DNA of 63,095 bases, the filler included. It is 7 parts of 7 records of this genome, joined end to end, with 100 filler letters (N's around TTAATTAATTAA, not from the genome) between each part and the next. Parts side by side here need not be neighbours in the genome. Positions count along the whole stretch, not along the records: positions 1 to 7,025 come from SRR20825010_2440; positions 7,126 to 19,110 come from SRR20825010_2451; 5 more parts are not named here. One strand, 5' to 3'. Each line of letters begins with the position of its first letter. Position 1 is the stretch's first letter. Under the pieces are notes generated by a model, which searched no databases, was not told the DNA's origin, and was given only the letters and a program-made list of their open reading frames with translations. Position numbers and translations under genes: made by a program. Shown here piece by piece: positions 1 to 10,100 of this stretch.

Positions 1-2
1 CG

Positions 3-791
3 GTGTCGCATGCGATGTGGCTCGGCTCCACCGTATTCGACGGCGCGCGGTTTTTCGAGGGCATGGCGCCGGACCTCGACGAGCATTGCAAGCGCATCAA
101 CCGCTCCGCCCGCGCGCTCGGCCTGCTGCCGACGAAGACATCGGAGGAAATCGAGGCGCTGGTCTGGGAAGGGCTGACGAAATTCAAGGGCGCTGAGGCG
201 GTCTATATCAAGCCGATGTACTGGGCCGAGCATGGCCTTGCCGGCCTCGTGCCCGCCGATCCGGCGTCCACCCGGTTCGCGCTCTGCCTGTTTGAGACGC
301 CGATGCGTTCCACCGTTCCGGTGCGGCTGACGGTCTCGCCGTTCCGCCGCCCGTCGCCGGAAGTGGCGATGACCCACGCCAAGACCGGTAGCCTCTATCC
401 CAATTCCGGGCGGATGATGCTGGAGGCGAGAGGCCGCGGCTTCGACAATGCGCTGGCGCTCGACATGCTTGGCAATGTCGCCGAGACGGCATCGGCCAAC
501 ATCTTCCTGGTCAAGGACGGCATTCCGATGACGCCGGCCGAAAACGGCTGCTTCCTCGCCGGCATCACCCGCAAGCGCATCCTCAAGCTGTTCCGCGACA
601 ACGGCATTGCCGCCAAGGAAAAGACGCTGACGGTGAAGAATTTTCTGGAGGCCGATGAGCTGTTTCTCACCGGCAATTACAACAAGGTGGTGCCGGTGAT
701 CAAACTGGACGACCGTGATTTCGAGCCCGGCCCGATGGCGAAACAGGCGATGACGCTTTACATGAACTGGGCGCGGGCGACCTGCAAATAG
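3..791 (+). CDS. Class IV PLP aminotransferase (branched-chain amino acid aminotransferase family), 5'-truncated
   Basis: VFDGAR motif, catalytic K in AKTGSLY, ETASANIF and LAGITR motifs. Confidence 0.9.
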   Translation: MSHAMWLGSTVFDGARFFEGMAPDLDEHCKRINRSARALGLLPTKTSEEIEALVWEGLTKFKGAEAVYIKPMYWAEHGLAGLVPADPASTRFALCLFETPMRSTVPVRLTVSPFRRPSPEVAMTHAKTGSLYPNSGRMMLEARGRGFDNALALDMLGNVAETASANIFLVKDGIPMTPAENGCFLAGITRKRILKLFRDNGIAAKEKTLTVKNFLEADELFLTGNYNKVVPVIKLDDRDFEPGPMAKQAMTLYMNWARATCK

Positions 792-812
792 GGAGCCGGT
801 GCCGTTTTCAGA

Positions 813-841
813 TTGACACGGGTCACGTTTGGGCGCATTTG
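813..841 (+). promoter_or_regulatory. Putative sigma70 promoter
   Basis: Perfect TTGACA at 813-818, 17-nt spacer, CATTTG at 836-841 (degenerate -10 typical of alphaproteobacteria); predicted TSS about 848-849. Confidence 0.55.
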
Positions 842-848
842 ATTTTTC

Positions 849-899
849 ATGATCAAGACCGTGACCCACAATCATAAGTATTTTTGGCAGTTCCAATAG
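849..899 (+). CDS. Putative 16-aa leader peptide MIKTVTHNHKYFWQFQ
   Basis: ATG at predicted TSS (leaderless), Y-F-W-Q-F codon cluster, followed by alternative hairpins 902-997. Confidence 0.55.
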   Translation: MIKTVTHNHKYFWQFQ

Positions 900-1000
900 G
901 AGCGGCCGATTGATCATGTTCATCACCGGCCGCCTGGGGGCGGCAAGGTGCTGAAACAAAACGTCCCCCCGGCGGCAAATTTGAAGGCCAAGGGACGACA

Positions 1001-1495
1001 ATGACTGAAGATCAAGACAAAATCGCACTGGAACGACCAGCCCTGATGACCATCAGGAAAGCGGTCGAATCCGATATTCCCCAACTGCTCGACATGATCG
1101 GGCTGCTCTCCGCGTTTCACGACGATCCGTCGGAGATGACGGCGGAGAGCCTGAGGCGCGACCTGTTCGGCGCGTCGCCGTGGGTGACGGCGCTTGTCGC
1201 CGATGCCGGAGCGCAGCTTCTCGGTTACGCGCTGCTGACCCCGCTCTACCGCGCCCAGCAGGGCCGGCGCGGCATGGACCTCCACCACCTCTTCGTGCGT
1301 GACGGCCACCGCAACCATGGCGTCGGCCAGCATCTGATCGCCCGCGCGCGCGATTTCGCGAAGGCCGCCGGCTGCACCTATATGTCGGTCAGCGCCGCCA
1401 CCGGCAATTTCGGCGCCCACCGGTTCTACCAGCAGATGGATTTCGTCGCCCGCCCGGTGACCGGCATGCGCTACATGCAGTCGCTGGCAGAGTGA
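1001..1495 (+). CDS. GNAT N-acetyltransferase (SSAT/PaiA-like)
   Basis: LHHLFVRDGHRNHGVG acetyl-CoA motif A, N-x-x-A-x-x-FY motif; SD AAGGGA upstream. Confidence 0.85.
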   Translation: MTEDQDKIALERPALMTIRKAVESDIPQLLDMIGLLSAFHDDPSEMTAESLRRDLFGASPWVTALVADAGAQLLGYALLTPLYRAQQGRRGMDLHHLFVRDGHRNHGVGQHLIARARDFAKAAGCTYMSVSAATGNFGAHRFYQQMDFVARPVTGMRYMQSLAE

Positions 1496-1504
1496 GCCGG
1501 TACA

Positions 1505-2410
1505 TTACTGCGCGGGCACGGCCTTCAGATAGGCAGCGATGGCTTCGAGATCGGATCGCGGCAGATGCGACAGGTTCTGCTGGACATCGACCATCGAGCC
1601 GCCGACCGTATCGAATTCCGGCGTGAAGCCGGTTTCGAGATAGTCGGCGATTTCGCCTGCCGTCCAGTCGCCGATCTGCTTTGACCCCGGGGTGATGTCC
1701 GGGATCGTCCCTTCGCCATCGGGATTTGGCCCGCCGGCAAGCCACTTATCGTATTCGAGGCCGCCCAGTGCATTGCGCGGCGTGTGGCACTCGCCGCAAT
1801 GGCCCGGACCTTCGACCAGATACTGCCCGCGCATGATCTCGGGCGAGGCGTTGGCGAGTTGCACGCGCGGCTCGTTGGAGAAGAATAGCTTTTTCCAGAA
1901 CGACAGCCCCAGCCGGACGTTGAAGGGGAAGGCGACCTCGTGCGGCTTGCTTGGCGTGGTGCTCGGCGGCAGCGTCATGATGTAGTTATGAAGGTCTTTG
2001 ACGTCCTGGTTCCGCATCCGCACATAAGAGGTGTAGGGCAGGGCGGGATAGAGGTTTCTGCCATGCGGGCTGACGCCCTTCTTCACCGCGTCGGCGAAGT
2101 CGACCAGCGACCAGTTGCCGATGCCTTCCTGCTTGTCGGGAGAGATATTGGGTGCATAAAACGTTCCGAAATCGCTCTTGACCGCGTAGCCGCCGGACAG
2201 GACGAGCTTCTGGTCGCCGGTGGCGCCAGGCGCCGCATGGCAACCGGCACATTGGGCGGCCCAGAACATCTTCTCGCCATTGTGCGGATCCGCGGCCTCG
2301 AGGTTCTGATACTCAGCCGGGTCGAGCTTCGGCGGCGTGAAGGCGACGACGAAAGCCGCCCCCATGAAGAGAGCGGCGACAGCCAATACGATGATCGTGA
2401 GCTTCTTCAC
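1505..2410 (-). CDS. Diheme c-type cytochrome
   Basis: CAGCH and CGECH heme motifs, N-terminal hydrophobic anchor, GTG start after GGAG. Confidence 0.85.
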   Translation of the reverse strand: MKKLTIIVLAVAALFMGAAFVVAFTPPKLDPAEYQNLEAADPHNGEKMFWAAQCAGCHAAPGATGDQKLVLSGGYAVKSDFGTFYAPNISPDKQEGIGNWSLVDFADAVKKGVSPHGRNLYPALPYTSYVRMRNQDVKDLHNYIMTLPPSTTPSKPHEVAFPFNVRLGLSFWKKLFFSNEPRVQLANASPEIMRGQYLVEGPGHCGECHTPRNALGGLEYDKWLAGGPNPDGEGTIPDITPGSKQIGDWTAGEIADYLETGFTPEFDTVGGSMVDVQQNLSHLPRSDLEAIAAYLKAVPAQ

Positions 2411-2542
2411 GCCAATTCTCCGGTGCCGCACTGCCCATGGCCTGACAGGCACGGTGCAATTCCAGGCAAAGTGGAAACCGTTTCGATGTCCCGGACTGCG
2501 CCAGCGGCCGGGACAGTGTAACAAAAACGAGAAACAAACCGC

Positions 2543-2986
2543 CTATTTATCGACGCGGTACAGTTTGTGGCAGGCCGCGCAACTGGCGCCCAGCGTCTTC
2601 ATGGCGTCTCCGACGGCGGCCTGATCGGCGGGCAGGTTTGCCAGAATCGCATCGGCGTCATCGGCGAGCTTGGTGGCATGGGCCTCGAAGTCGTCCATGT
2701 TTTCCCAGATCGCCGGGCTTGCCTCGGTGCCGTTGCCGGTTTTCGAATCGGGAGGGAAATGGGTCGTAAAGTCGGTGATCTTGTTGGAGATGTCGGAAAG
2801 CGCGCCCTGGACCACGATCGGGTCATAGGCATTCTGGCCCTTGGCGATCGCACCGAGCTGGCCCATGGCCTTGCCGATCGCCTTCATGTCGTCCTGGCGC
2901 AGCATCTGCGGCGCATCCTCGGCAACCGCAAAGCCCGCGCTCAGACAGAGCGCGACAGCGCCGGCGATCATAAATCCGTTTTTCAT
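2543..2986 (-). CDS. Cytochrome c' / c-556 (class II cytochrome c)
   Basis: Signal peptide, RQxxMK, A-x-P-x-IW, C-terminal CAACH. Confidence 0.9.
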   Translation of the reverse strand: MKNGFMIAGAVALCLSAGFAVAEDAPQMLRQDDMKAIGKAMGQLGAIAKGQNAYDPIVVQGALSDISNKITDFTTHFPPDSKTGNGTEASPAIWENMDDFEAHATKLADDADAILANLPADQAAVGDAMKTLGASCAACHKLYRVDK

Positions 2987-3097
2987 TCAAAGCCTCCTTC
3001 GTTGCTCAGGCAGCAGTATACGCAGCCTCTGTTTGGAAGCTAGGGGCAGGATTAAGGTAGGGAAGATGAACGGCGTCTGATGCTGCGCCTCAGGCCA

Positions 3098-3913
3098 TCA
3101 CGTTTTGGTGATTCCGCCCCATAGCTGATGGAAATGGTGTGTCGGGCCATGGCCGGAACCGACATGGAGGCTGCCGGCCGCCGCGATCGCGCCGGCGACG
3201 TATCGCTTGGCGTTCGCGACTGCTTCGGAAAGCGGGACACCCTTGCCGATCTCGGCGGCGATCGCGCTTGAAAGCGTGCAGCCCGTGCCGTGGGTGTTGG
3301 CGGTGTGGATGCGGGGCCCCTCGAGCCATTCATAACCGGTGGCCGTGACCAGCAGGTCCGGGCTTTCCACGCCTTCCAGATGCCCGCCCTTCAAGAGTAC
3401 TGCCTGCGGGCCGAGGTTTCTGAGCGCCGTTGCCTGGGCGATCATCTGGTCGCGGTCGGCGGCGGTTTCTGTATCGAGCAGGGCGGCGGCTTCCGGCAGG
3501 TTCGGCGTCAGCACGGCTGCAAGCGGCAGCAGATGTTCCTTCAGCGCCTCGACCGCGTCTTCCGGCAGCAACCGATGGCCGCCCTTGGCGACCATCACCG
3601 GATCGAGCACGATCGGGACTTCGACGTGGTGGCGCAGGCTGTCGGCGATGGTGATGGCAATATTGGCATTGACGACCATGCCGATCTTGATCGCATCGAC
3701 CTTCACGTCGTCGAAGATCGCCGCGATCTGTTCGGCAACGAAGGCGGACGGAACCTCGTGCACGCCGGTAACGCCGCGCGTGTTCTGCGCCGTGAGCCCC
3801 GTGAGCGCCGCCATGCCATAGGTCCCGAGCGCCGAAAATGCCTTGAGGTCGGCCTGGATGCCGGCGCCGCCCGAGGGGTCGGAACCCGCGATCGAGAGAA
3901 TGTTTGCGATCAT
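3098..3913 (-). CDS. thiD: Hydroxymethylpyrimidine/phosphomethylpyrimidine kinase
   Basis: IAGSDPSGGAGIQADLK, DPVM, TPNLPEA, HGTGCTLS. Confidence 0.95.
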   Translation of the reverse strand: MIANILSIAGSDPSGGAGIQADLKAFSALGTYGMAALTGLTAQNTRGVTGVHEVPSAFVAEQIAAIFDDVKVDAIKIGMVVNANIAITIADSLRHHVEVPIVLDPVMVAKGGHRLLPEDAVEALKEHLLPLAAVLTPNLPEAAALLDTETAADRDQMIAQATALRNLGPQAVLLKGGHLEGVESPDLLVTATGYEWLEGPRIHTANTHGTGCTLSSAIAAEIGKGVPLSEAVANAKRYVAGAIAAAGSLHVGSGHGPTHHFHQLWGGITKT

Positions 3914-4548
3914 TGCTTCGCCTTCCGAATAGCGGCGGCAAGGTCTGCCGTCGCCTGAAATGGGTCGGGCTGGCCGCAAATGGCCGAAACGACGGCGATC
4001 CCGTCGGCCCCGCTTTCGAATGTGGACGCCACATGCTCCGCTTTCAACCCGCCGATCGCAACGGTCGGCAATCCGCAAAGCCCGATCATCTCGGAAAGAC
4101 CGTCGAAACCGACCGGCAGGGCGTGGTCGGGCTTGGTGCCGGTCGCGAAGATCGGACCAGCGCCGATATAGTCGATGCCGGCGGGATCGAAGGCGCGCGC
4201 GACGGCGAGGCCGTTGACGGAAACGCCGAGAAGCTTCTCCTCACCGATCCGGCGGCGCACATCCTCGGGATGCGCGTCCTCCTGGCCGACATGGACGCCA
4301 TCGGCATCGATCGCGATGGCGGCTTCGACATCGTCATTGATGATCAGCCGGACCGGGGTGCCGGCCGTGACCTGTTTCAGGGCAAGTCCGATGTCGATGC
4401 GCTCGCGCGTCGAGGCGTGTTTCATGCGAAGCTGCACGATGGTCGCGCCGCCACGGATCGCCTCGCGCGTGGTGGCGACCATGCCGTAATCGCCGCAGAG
4501 TTCGGGGTCGAGGACGAGATAGAGGGAAAGGTCGAAATTCATAGCCAT
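3910..4548 (-). CDS. thiE: Thiamine-phosphate synthase
   Basis: QLRMK, IIND, DGVHVGQED, TGTK, AIGG motifs; overlaps thiD and thiM. Confidence 0.95.
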   Translation of the reverse strand: MAMNFDLSLYLVLDPELCGDYGMVATTREAIRGGATIVQLRMKHASTRERIDIGLALKQVTAGTPVRLIINDDVEAAIAIDADGVHVGQEDAHPEDVRRRIGEEKLLGVSVNGLAVARAFDPAGIDYIGAGPIFATGTKPDHALPVGFDGLSEMIGLCGLPTVAIGGLKAEHVASTFESGADGIAVVSAICGQPDPFQATADLAAAIRKAKQ

Positions 4549-5333
4549 TCGATCTCCGATTCGCCGGCAAGGACCTCGGGCGTCACGGCGGCGAGCGCAT
4601 CAAGGAAATGGACCTGGAACGAGCCGGGGCCATCCGCCCTGGCATGCGCGCGACCTCCCGCGACGCCGTAGTGCGCCAGCGCTGCGACCGTCGCTTCGAA
4701 GGCATCCTCACGCCATGCTCCGGCATAGCCGCCGACAAGCGCGGTGAGTGCGCAGCCAAGTGCGGTGACCCGCGGCATCAGCGGTGAGCCGCCGCCGATG
4801 CGTGCGCAGCGGTTGCCGTCGGTGACGAAATCGCGTTCGCCGGTGACGGCCACGACCATGTCGCGCTCGCGGGCGAGCGCCTTCGCCGTCTCTTCGGCTG
4901 CTGCCACACTGTCGCCGGCATCGACTCCCTTGCCGGCGCTGGTTGCTCCGGAAAACGCGAGGATCTCGGAGGCATTGCCGCGCAGGATCGTTGGTCCGAG
5001 GTCGAGGATTTCGAGCGCTGCCTTGGCGCGGAAACTCGTGGCAAAATGGGCGACGGGATCCAGCACCCACGGCGTGTTGTTGCGGTTGGCGGCCTCGGCT
5101 GCGGCCTTCATGCCGGCGAGCCAGTCTGGCGAAAGCGTTCCGATATTGATGGTAAGGGCGGAGGCGATGCCCGCAAATTCGCCGGCCTCCTCCTTCGCGT
5201 GGACCATCGCCGGGGAGGCGCCTGCGGCCAGCAGCACATTGGCGGCGATATTCATCGCCACGTAATTGGTGATGCATTGCGTGAGCGGCGTATCGGCGCG
5301 CATCTTCCGAAGAATGGGGGCGATATCGGACAT
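4539..5333 (-). CDS. thiM: Hydroxyethylthiazole kinase
   Basis: ITNYVAMN..AN.LLA.GASPAM, NIGTL, LDPV, RGNASEI, TALGC; SD AAGGAG before ATG 5333. Confidence 0.95.
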   Translation of the reverse strand: MSDIAPILRKMRADTPLTQCITNYVAMNIAANVLLAAGASPAMVHAKEEAGEFAGIASALTINIGTLSPDWLAGMKAAAEAANRNNTPWVLDPVAHFATSFRAKAALEILDLGPTILRGNASEILAFSGATSAGKGVDAGDSVAAAEETAKALARERDMVVAVTGERDFVTDGNRCARIGGGSPLMPRVTALGCALTALVGGYAGAWREDAFEATVAALAHYGVAGGRAHARADGPGSFQVHFLDALAAVTPEVLAGESEIEWL

Positions 5334-5400
5334 CGGCTTGCTCCTTGCTTTGGCGGAGAAACCAGACGGGCCGGAGGGACGAAGCTCGCGAACCCGAGTG

Positions 5401-5477
5401 ACTCCCTCCGCCGGTATGATCCGGATCAGGTTCCAAGGGTTCATCTCAGCCCGCTGTCACGGACGCCCCTGTCGCTC
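5401..5477 (-). ncRNA. TPP riboswitch
   Basis: Minus strand AGGGG...GGGCTGAGA...ACCCT..GAACCTGATCCGGATCATACCGGCGGAGGGA upstream of thiM. Confidence 0.93.
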
Positions 5478-5541
5478 TAGTGGCGTCGTTATAGCAGAAA
5501 AAGTCGATCCGGTAAGAGGTGGTTTTCTCAACAGGCCGGTA

Positions 5542-6318
5542 TCACGGCATCGGTTCTCGCCAAGAGGTATCACCGCAGGGGGCTGTGGTATCGAGCACGG
5601 CCATGAGGTCGCGTGCTGCAATGGCCTGATCGACGAAGTTTCGCCGATCGGGCGATAATTGCGCCGTCAGATTGTCCTGGTTCCACGCCCGATTCCAATA
5701 GATGAAGTCATCATCGAAAAGACGCTGTTCGGTGGCGGTTTTCGTATCCGTCAGGCTCTGCCGAAAGTAATAGAGAATGTCCGGATTTAGCGGCGTCATG
5801 CCTTCGCTGTCGTCGGTGAGGAGAAAGGAAAGCTGCGCGGCCTCGCTGCCTCCTGATGCCGCCTGCTCGAGGCGTTCCATCAGAGTGGCGAATTCCGCTT
5901 CGTCGTCCGTCTCCGGTTCGCGTGAAAATCGGCCGCAGTAGATGAGATCGCTGTCGATGCGTAGCTCCCGTGCAAGCCGGAACATGGCCATGACAGATGG
6001 TAGGGTCATGCAGGTATTGAGATCGTCGAAAGCGTTGTCCGTCTGGATGTATTGACGCCACAATTCGTATTGCGTCTCGGGCGTTCCTTGCCCTGCGAAG
6101 TCCGGATAGCGCTCCATATAGAGTTCGTAATGCCGGCGGAGATAGTTGCCGCAATCAGGGACACGCGGATCAAAGTCGCGCTCGCTGACCACGAACTCCC
6201 ACTCCTCGACACTCATTTCTGATCTTGTTGGTTGTGGGTGAGTCTCAAACGACCAGGCAAAAACGTGGGATGCGGGCGCGCTAAAGAGCACCACTGCCGT
6301 CATCAACCGTATCATCAT
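5542..6318 (-). CDS. Hypothetical secreted acidic protein
   Basis: Signal peptide MMIRLMTAVVLFSAPASHVFA, four Cys, no recognisable domain. Confidence 0.65.
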   Translation of the reverse strand: MMIRLMTAVVLFSAPASHVFAWSFETHPQPTRSEMSVEEWEFVVSERDFDPRVPDCGNYLRRHYELYMERYPDFAGQGTPETQYELWRQYIQTDNAFDDLNTCMTLPSVMAMFRLARELRIDSDLIYCGRFSREPETDDEAEFATLMERLEQAASGGSEAAQLSFLLTDDSEGMTPLNPDILYYFRQSLTDTKTATEQRLFDDDFIYWNRAWNQDNLTAQLSPDRRNFVDQAIAARDLMAVLDTTAPCGDTSWREPMP

Positions 6319-6398
6319 CCCGCAAGCTTCCCACAAAATACCCGCTCTGGTAGTGCAAGGTTAACATTGGTTTCCGGTCAAAAGAAGATGGAGATCAA

Positions 6399-6836
6399 TT
6401 GAAAATGGTCACCGACAGTTCACGTTGCCGCGAGTTGACTGCGTCCCAACGGGAAGCAGAAGGCTTCCTTAAGCAAGCCGTCGAAGATGAGGCGCGAAAC
6501 AAGCAAGAGGTCGATAGGCTTGAACAATATGTAGCTGATAGCCAGGGCGTGCTGATCCGGCTGGAGCAGGAGCTTTCGATCATATTGGATGGAGCAGTCG
6601 ACCTGCTGCGCACTCTCAAGCGAGGAAAGCGACCGCTGCCTTTTTTGAAGGTTGAAAGCGCACCTGAGGTTGTTGCCCAGGCAAAAATGATTGCCAACGA
6701 GCGGGAAAATCTCAAGGAAGCAAAAGAAACTCTTGCCTACAGAAGGGAGCAACTGGCTCAGAATAGGCGAGATATACCTTATTTCCGCCAGTCGCTTCAG
6801 AGAATATTCGCGCTTCAGAAAGAGCATGTTTGTTAG
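6399..6836 (+). CDS. Hypothetical coiled-coil protein
   Basis: E/Q/K/R-rich helical sequence, GGAG SD before TTG. Confidence 0.5.
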   Translation: MKMVTDSSRCRELTASQREAEGFLKQAVEDEARNKQEVDRLEQYVADSQGVLIRLEQELSIILDGAVDLLRTLKRGKRPLPFLKVESAPEVVAQAKMIANERENLKEAKETLAYRREQLAQNRRDIPYFRQSLQRIFALQKEHVC

Positions 6837-6916
6837 ATCCAGAACGAAAATTTGCTCGACTGAAATCGCCTCCGGATAGCCTCATAACTAGCGCCTCATG
6901 CAAGGCATTTGAGAGT

Positions 6917-6942
6917 GCGTCCGCGTTTTTTAGCGCGGACGC
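6917..6942. terminator. Hairpin / probable terminator between convergent genes
   Basis: GCGTCCGCG...CGCGGACGC inverted repeat. Confidence 0.5.
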
Positions 6943-6949
6943 TACTGCA

Positions 6950-7024
6950 TCACTTCATCGTCGGCATCGAGAATTCGGCGCCGGCGCGGATGCCCTTGGG
7001 CCAGCGCTGGGTGATGGTTTTCAG
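6950..7024 (-). CDS. mmsA: C-terminal end of CoA-acylating methylmalonate-semialdehyde dehydrogenase (partial; not in ORF track)
   Basis: Translates LKTITQRWPKGIRAGAEFSMPTMK*, matching the characteristic MmsA/IolA C-terminus. Confidence 0.75.
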   Translation of the reverse strand: MKTITQRWPKGIRAGAEFSMPTMK

Positions 7025-7025
7025 G

Positions 7026-7125
7026 NNNNNNNNNNNNNNNNNNNNNNNNNNNNNNNNNNNNNNNNNNNNTTAATTAATTAANNNNNNNNNNNNNNNNNNN
7101 NNNNNNNNNNNNNNNNNNNNNNNNN
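7026..7125. other. Artificial contig spacer
   Basis: N-run + TTAATTAATTAA (stops in all frames) + N-run. Confidence 0.99.
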
Positions 7126-10100
7126 CATCCAGACTTTCCCAGTTGTCACCACCCATGCGTGTGCGCCTGATCCAGTCCAGCGTAATATTGCCGCTTTCGT
7201 CTCGCTTCGCCTTCAGATGCACAGGCGACAACGGTCGCAAGCCAATACCGGAAAATGTCTTCGTCACTTGCGTGAAGCTTTCATCATCCATCGGTTTGGG
7301 CGCAGGTCCATAGGCCCAGATCCGCGCCAAACCGCGCTCGGCCTCGCTCACCCCCAGTTCGGCAATCGCCTGATCCAGCAGCACAAATCGAGCACCCACT
7401 TCTGCGCCTGCCTGCATTGCCACTTCAGTGCCCGCTTGCCCGCGCAGCAATCCACGCAATTCATATGTGTCGGTGGCGACAAGTTCAGCCTTGGCAAACT
7501 GGATCACTTCGTACTCGCCATTGGCCGCCTCGATTGCCGCCACATTTGCACCGGCCAGCACAGCGTTTTCATCTGCCGCAGACAATATGCCGGAGGTCAG
7601 CGTCACACGGATATCATTGGCAAAGTCCCAGCGGCTTGTCACACCTGCACCCAGCGCTGCAGCCAACCGTCCTGTCACCGCTTGCCGTGTCACAAGACGA
7701 TCGGCAACAAACCCGCCACCACTTTCCTTGAAGAAAGCCACGCCACCCGGCCACGGGTTTGCTGCTACTGCCACACGCGGCGCATATGGCGTTTCCGTAC
7801 CGCTCAGCAAAGGCAAATCCATGAACACAGCCAGCGGCACACCATAGCTCGGTGCAATTTCGCTCGTGTGGTCACGCTTCACGCTCTGCACGGGCCCGTA
7901 AAGGCCTGCCTCGCTGCGCACACCCTTTGCCTCGCGACGTCCTGCATCCGTGATCGCTGTCAGGCGATAGCGCGATTGACGCGCACCAAAATCCAGCGTC
8001 ACCACATCGCCGGGATCAAGCGCCAGTGCCGATGGCGGCAGAGACAGCGACAGGCTTTCTCGCTCCACCCAGCTTTGCTGCAACCAGGTATCTGCAATCT
8101 GCTGCGCCTCGGCCTGTGGCAACACCATGGAAAGCGCCGCACTTGCCACCCGTTGGCTCTGCACCGTCAGACGCCGCGATTCAATTGCAGCCTGTCTATA
8201 TTCCAGCGCCCCGTCGATATAGGTCAGCTTGGCCGAGACAGGCAGTTCAGTCTCTTGTCCGCGTGTCAGCTGATATCCCGCTGCTGCGTTTTCATCATCC
8301 ACCGCCAGACGGTCTGGTGTCAGCACCAATGCCGGTTCACTGCCAAAATGCCGGAAGCGGATCACGCCATGCACTTCGCTCGCATCAAAGAACCGCGCCA
8401 GCATCAGCGGTGCCAGCGCATCGCGCGGCGACATGATCCGGTCGATCACAAATCCGTCCACCGTGCCCGCAAGCTCGCTTGCATCGAATGCACCAAACCC
8501 CACATCCGCCATCACAGCGGATACAAGGTCGCCCAGCGGTGCCGCGCCCAACCGGCCGTTCAGCCAATGCCCTCGAGTCCAGACTTCGCCATCCGCCCAG
8601 ACATCCACCCGATCAGGAAAAGCCGGAAAGGGCCTCGCGTCCCAGCACCAGAAAAACAGCTTGGCCGGATCGAGCATCCGCTGGCCATAGACCGACGAGA
8701 CGGGATTATGCACGCCTGATTTATTCCAATAGTCCACCTGCGCTTCAATGAAAGCGCGTTGCATGAAATCATCGCGCGTGCCGGTCGAAAAATACGGTGC
8801 CGCATTTTCGGATGATTTCGGATCGGTGAATACATTGGGCTGGTTCGTACCCTTGTCGATGGCGGGACAACCGATCTCGGTAAAGACCACCGGCTTTCCT
8901 TCCGCCACCCATGCGGTCGGGGTCGCGCTTTCCACACCGCCCACGCGGTTATAATGCGCGTTCTGCCACCAAGCGGTTATATCTTTTGCCCGCCACACCC
9001 ATGGCTTGCCATAGGCGCCATCGGTAATGGGCGTACGTATCTGCGCTGCGCGGTCGGCATCGCCTGCATAATACCAGTCGAAATTTTCGCCACCCCTTAT
9101 CCGCGATTGCAGATAGGCCTTGTCATAGACCGATGTGGCAAGCGCATAGTCGAGATGGTTCGGTCCTTTACGCCAATCTGTCAGCGGTGCGTAATTGTCG
9201 ATCCCGACAAAATCCACATGCTCATCTGCCCAGAGCGGATCGAGATGAAAACAGAGATCGCCGGAGCCATCGTCAGGCGCATGAGCCGCAATCTCCGACC
9301 AGTCGGCGGCATAGGATATTTTTGTATCCGGCAGAATATAGGCCACATCGGCGGCTAGCGCGCGCAGCGCCTCAACAGCTGGATAAACACCGGCTGCGCC
9401 ACGTGACCATGTGAGCCCGCGCATTTCCGACCCGATCAGAAAGGCCTCCACGCCGCCCGCCGCTGCACACAACATTGCGTCATGCAGCACCATCCGGCGA
9501 TATGACCATTCATCCGGTCCGTCATAGATCACGGTGTCACCGCTCAGCGAAAAGTCTTCCCGCGCGGCAGCGCCGAAAAAAGCTGCCATCTGACTTGTGG
9601 CATCCGCCTCCATTTCTGCATCCGGCGTCACGGCAATGCGCCCGCGCCATGGATAGGCCGGTTGTGTCTCATTTCCGCTCCACGGGTCCGGCTTTGTATT
9701 GCCGGCGGGTATATCCATCATCACAAATGGATAGAACGTCACCTCAATTCCGCGCGCCTTCAGATCACGGATCGCGCTTACCACCGAGAGGTCAGACGGT
9801 GTGCCGCCAAAGGCTGGTCGGTCATCTGCGGTGCTTACCACTTGTGCCGCCGCGCGGGTCAATCCTGCCACAATCCATTGTCTGGGATGCGTTACCTTAT
9901 GGCGCTGCTCAACCTTCGGCCTGATCGTGCATTCGCCACATCGCAGATCGTCGCCAAACCATGTCACCACCAATGCGGCAGCCTCCACGCTGGTACAGGT
10001 CGCTTGCAGCTGGTCCATCGCCACTGCCCAGTCGCTGCCGCCTTCCGATGTATGCGTGTTGATCGCGCGGCTCGATGTTTCGGTCAGCAATTCGCGCTGC

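Noticed and set aside
7070-7081. TTAATTAATTAA as a CtrA-like or regulatory repeat (six copies)
   Set aside because: Always centred in N-runs; it is an all-frame-stop assembly linker.
7217-8719. Long antisense ORFs (e.g. 500 aa here, also 21226-22368, 35543-36487, 38705-39592)
   Set aside because: Shadow frames of well-supported genes in GC-rich DNA, with no motifs.
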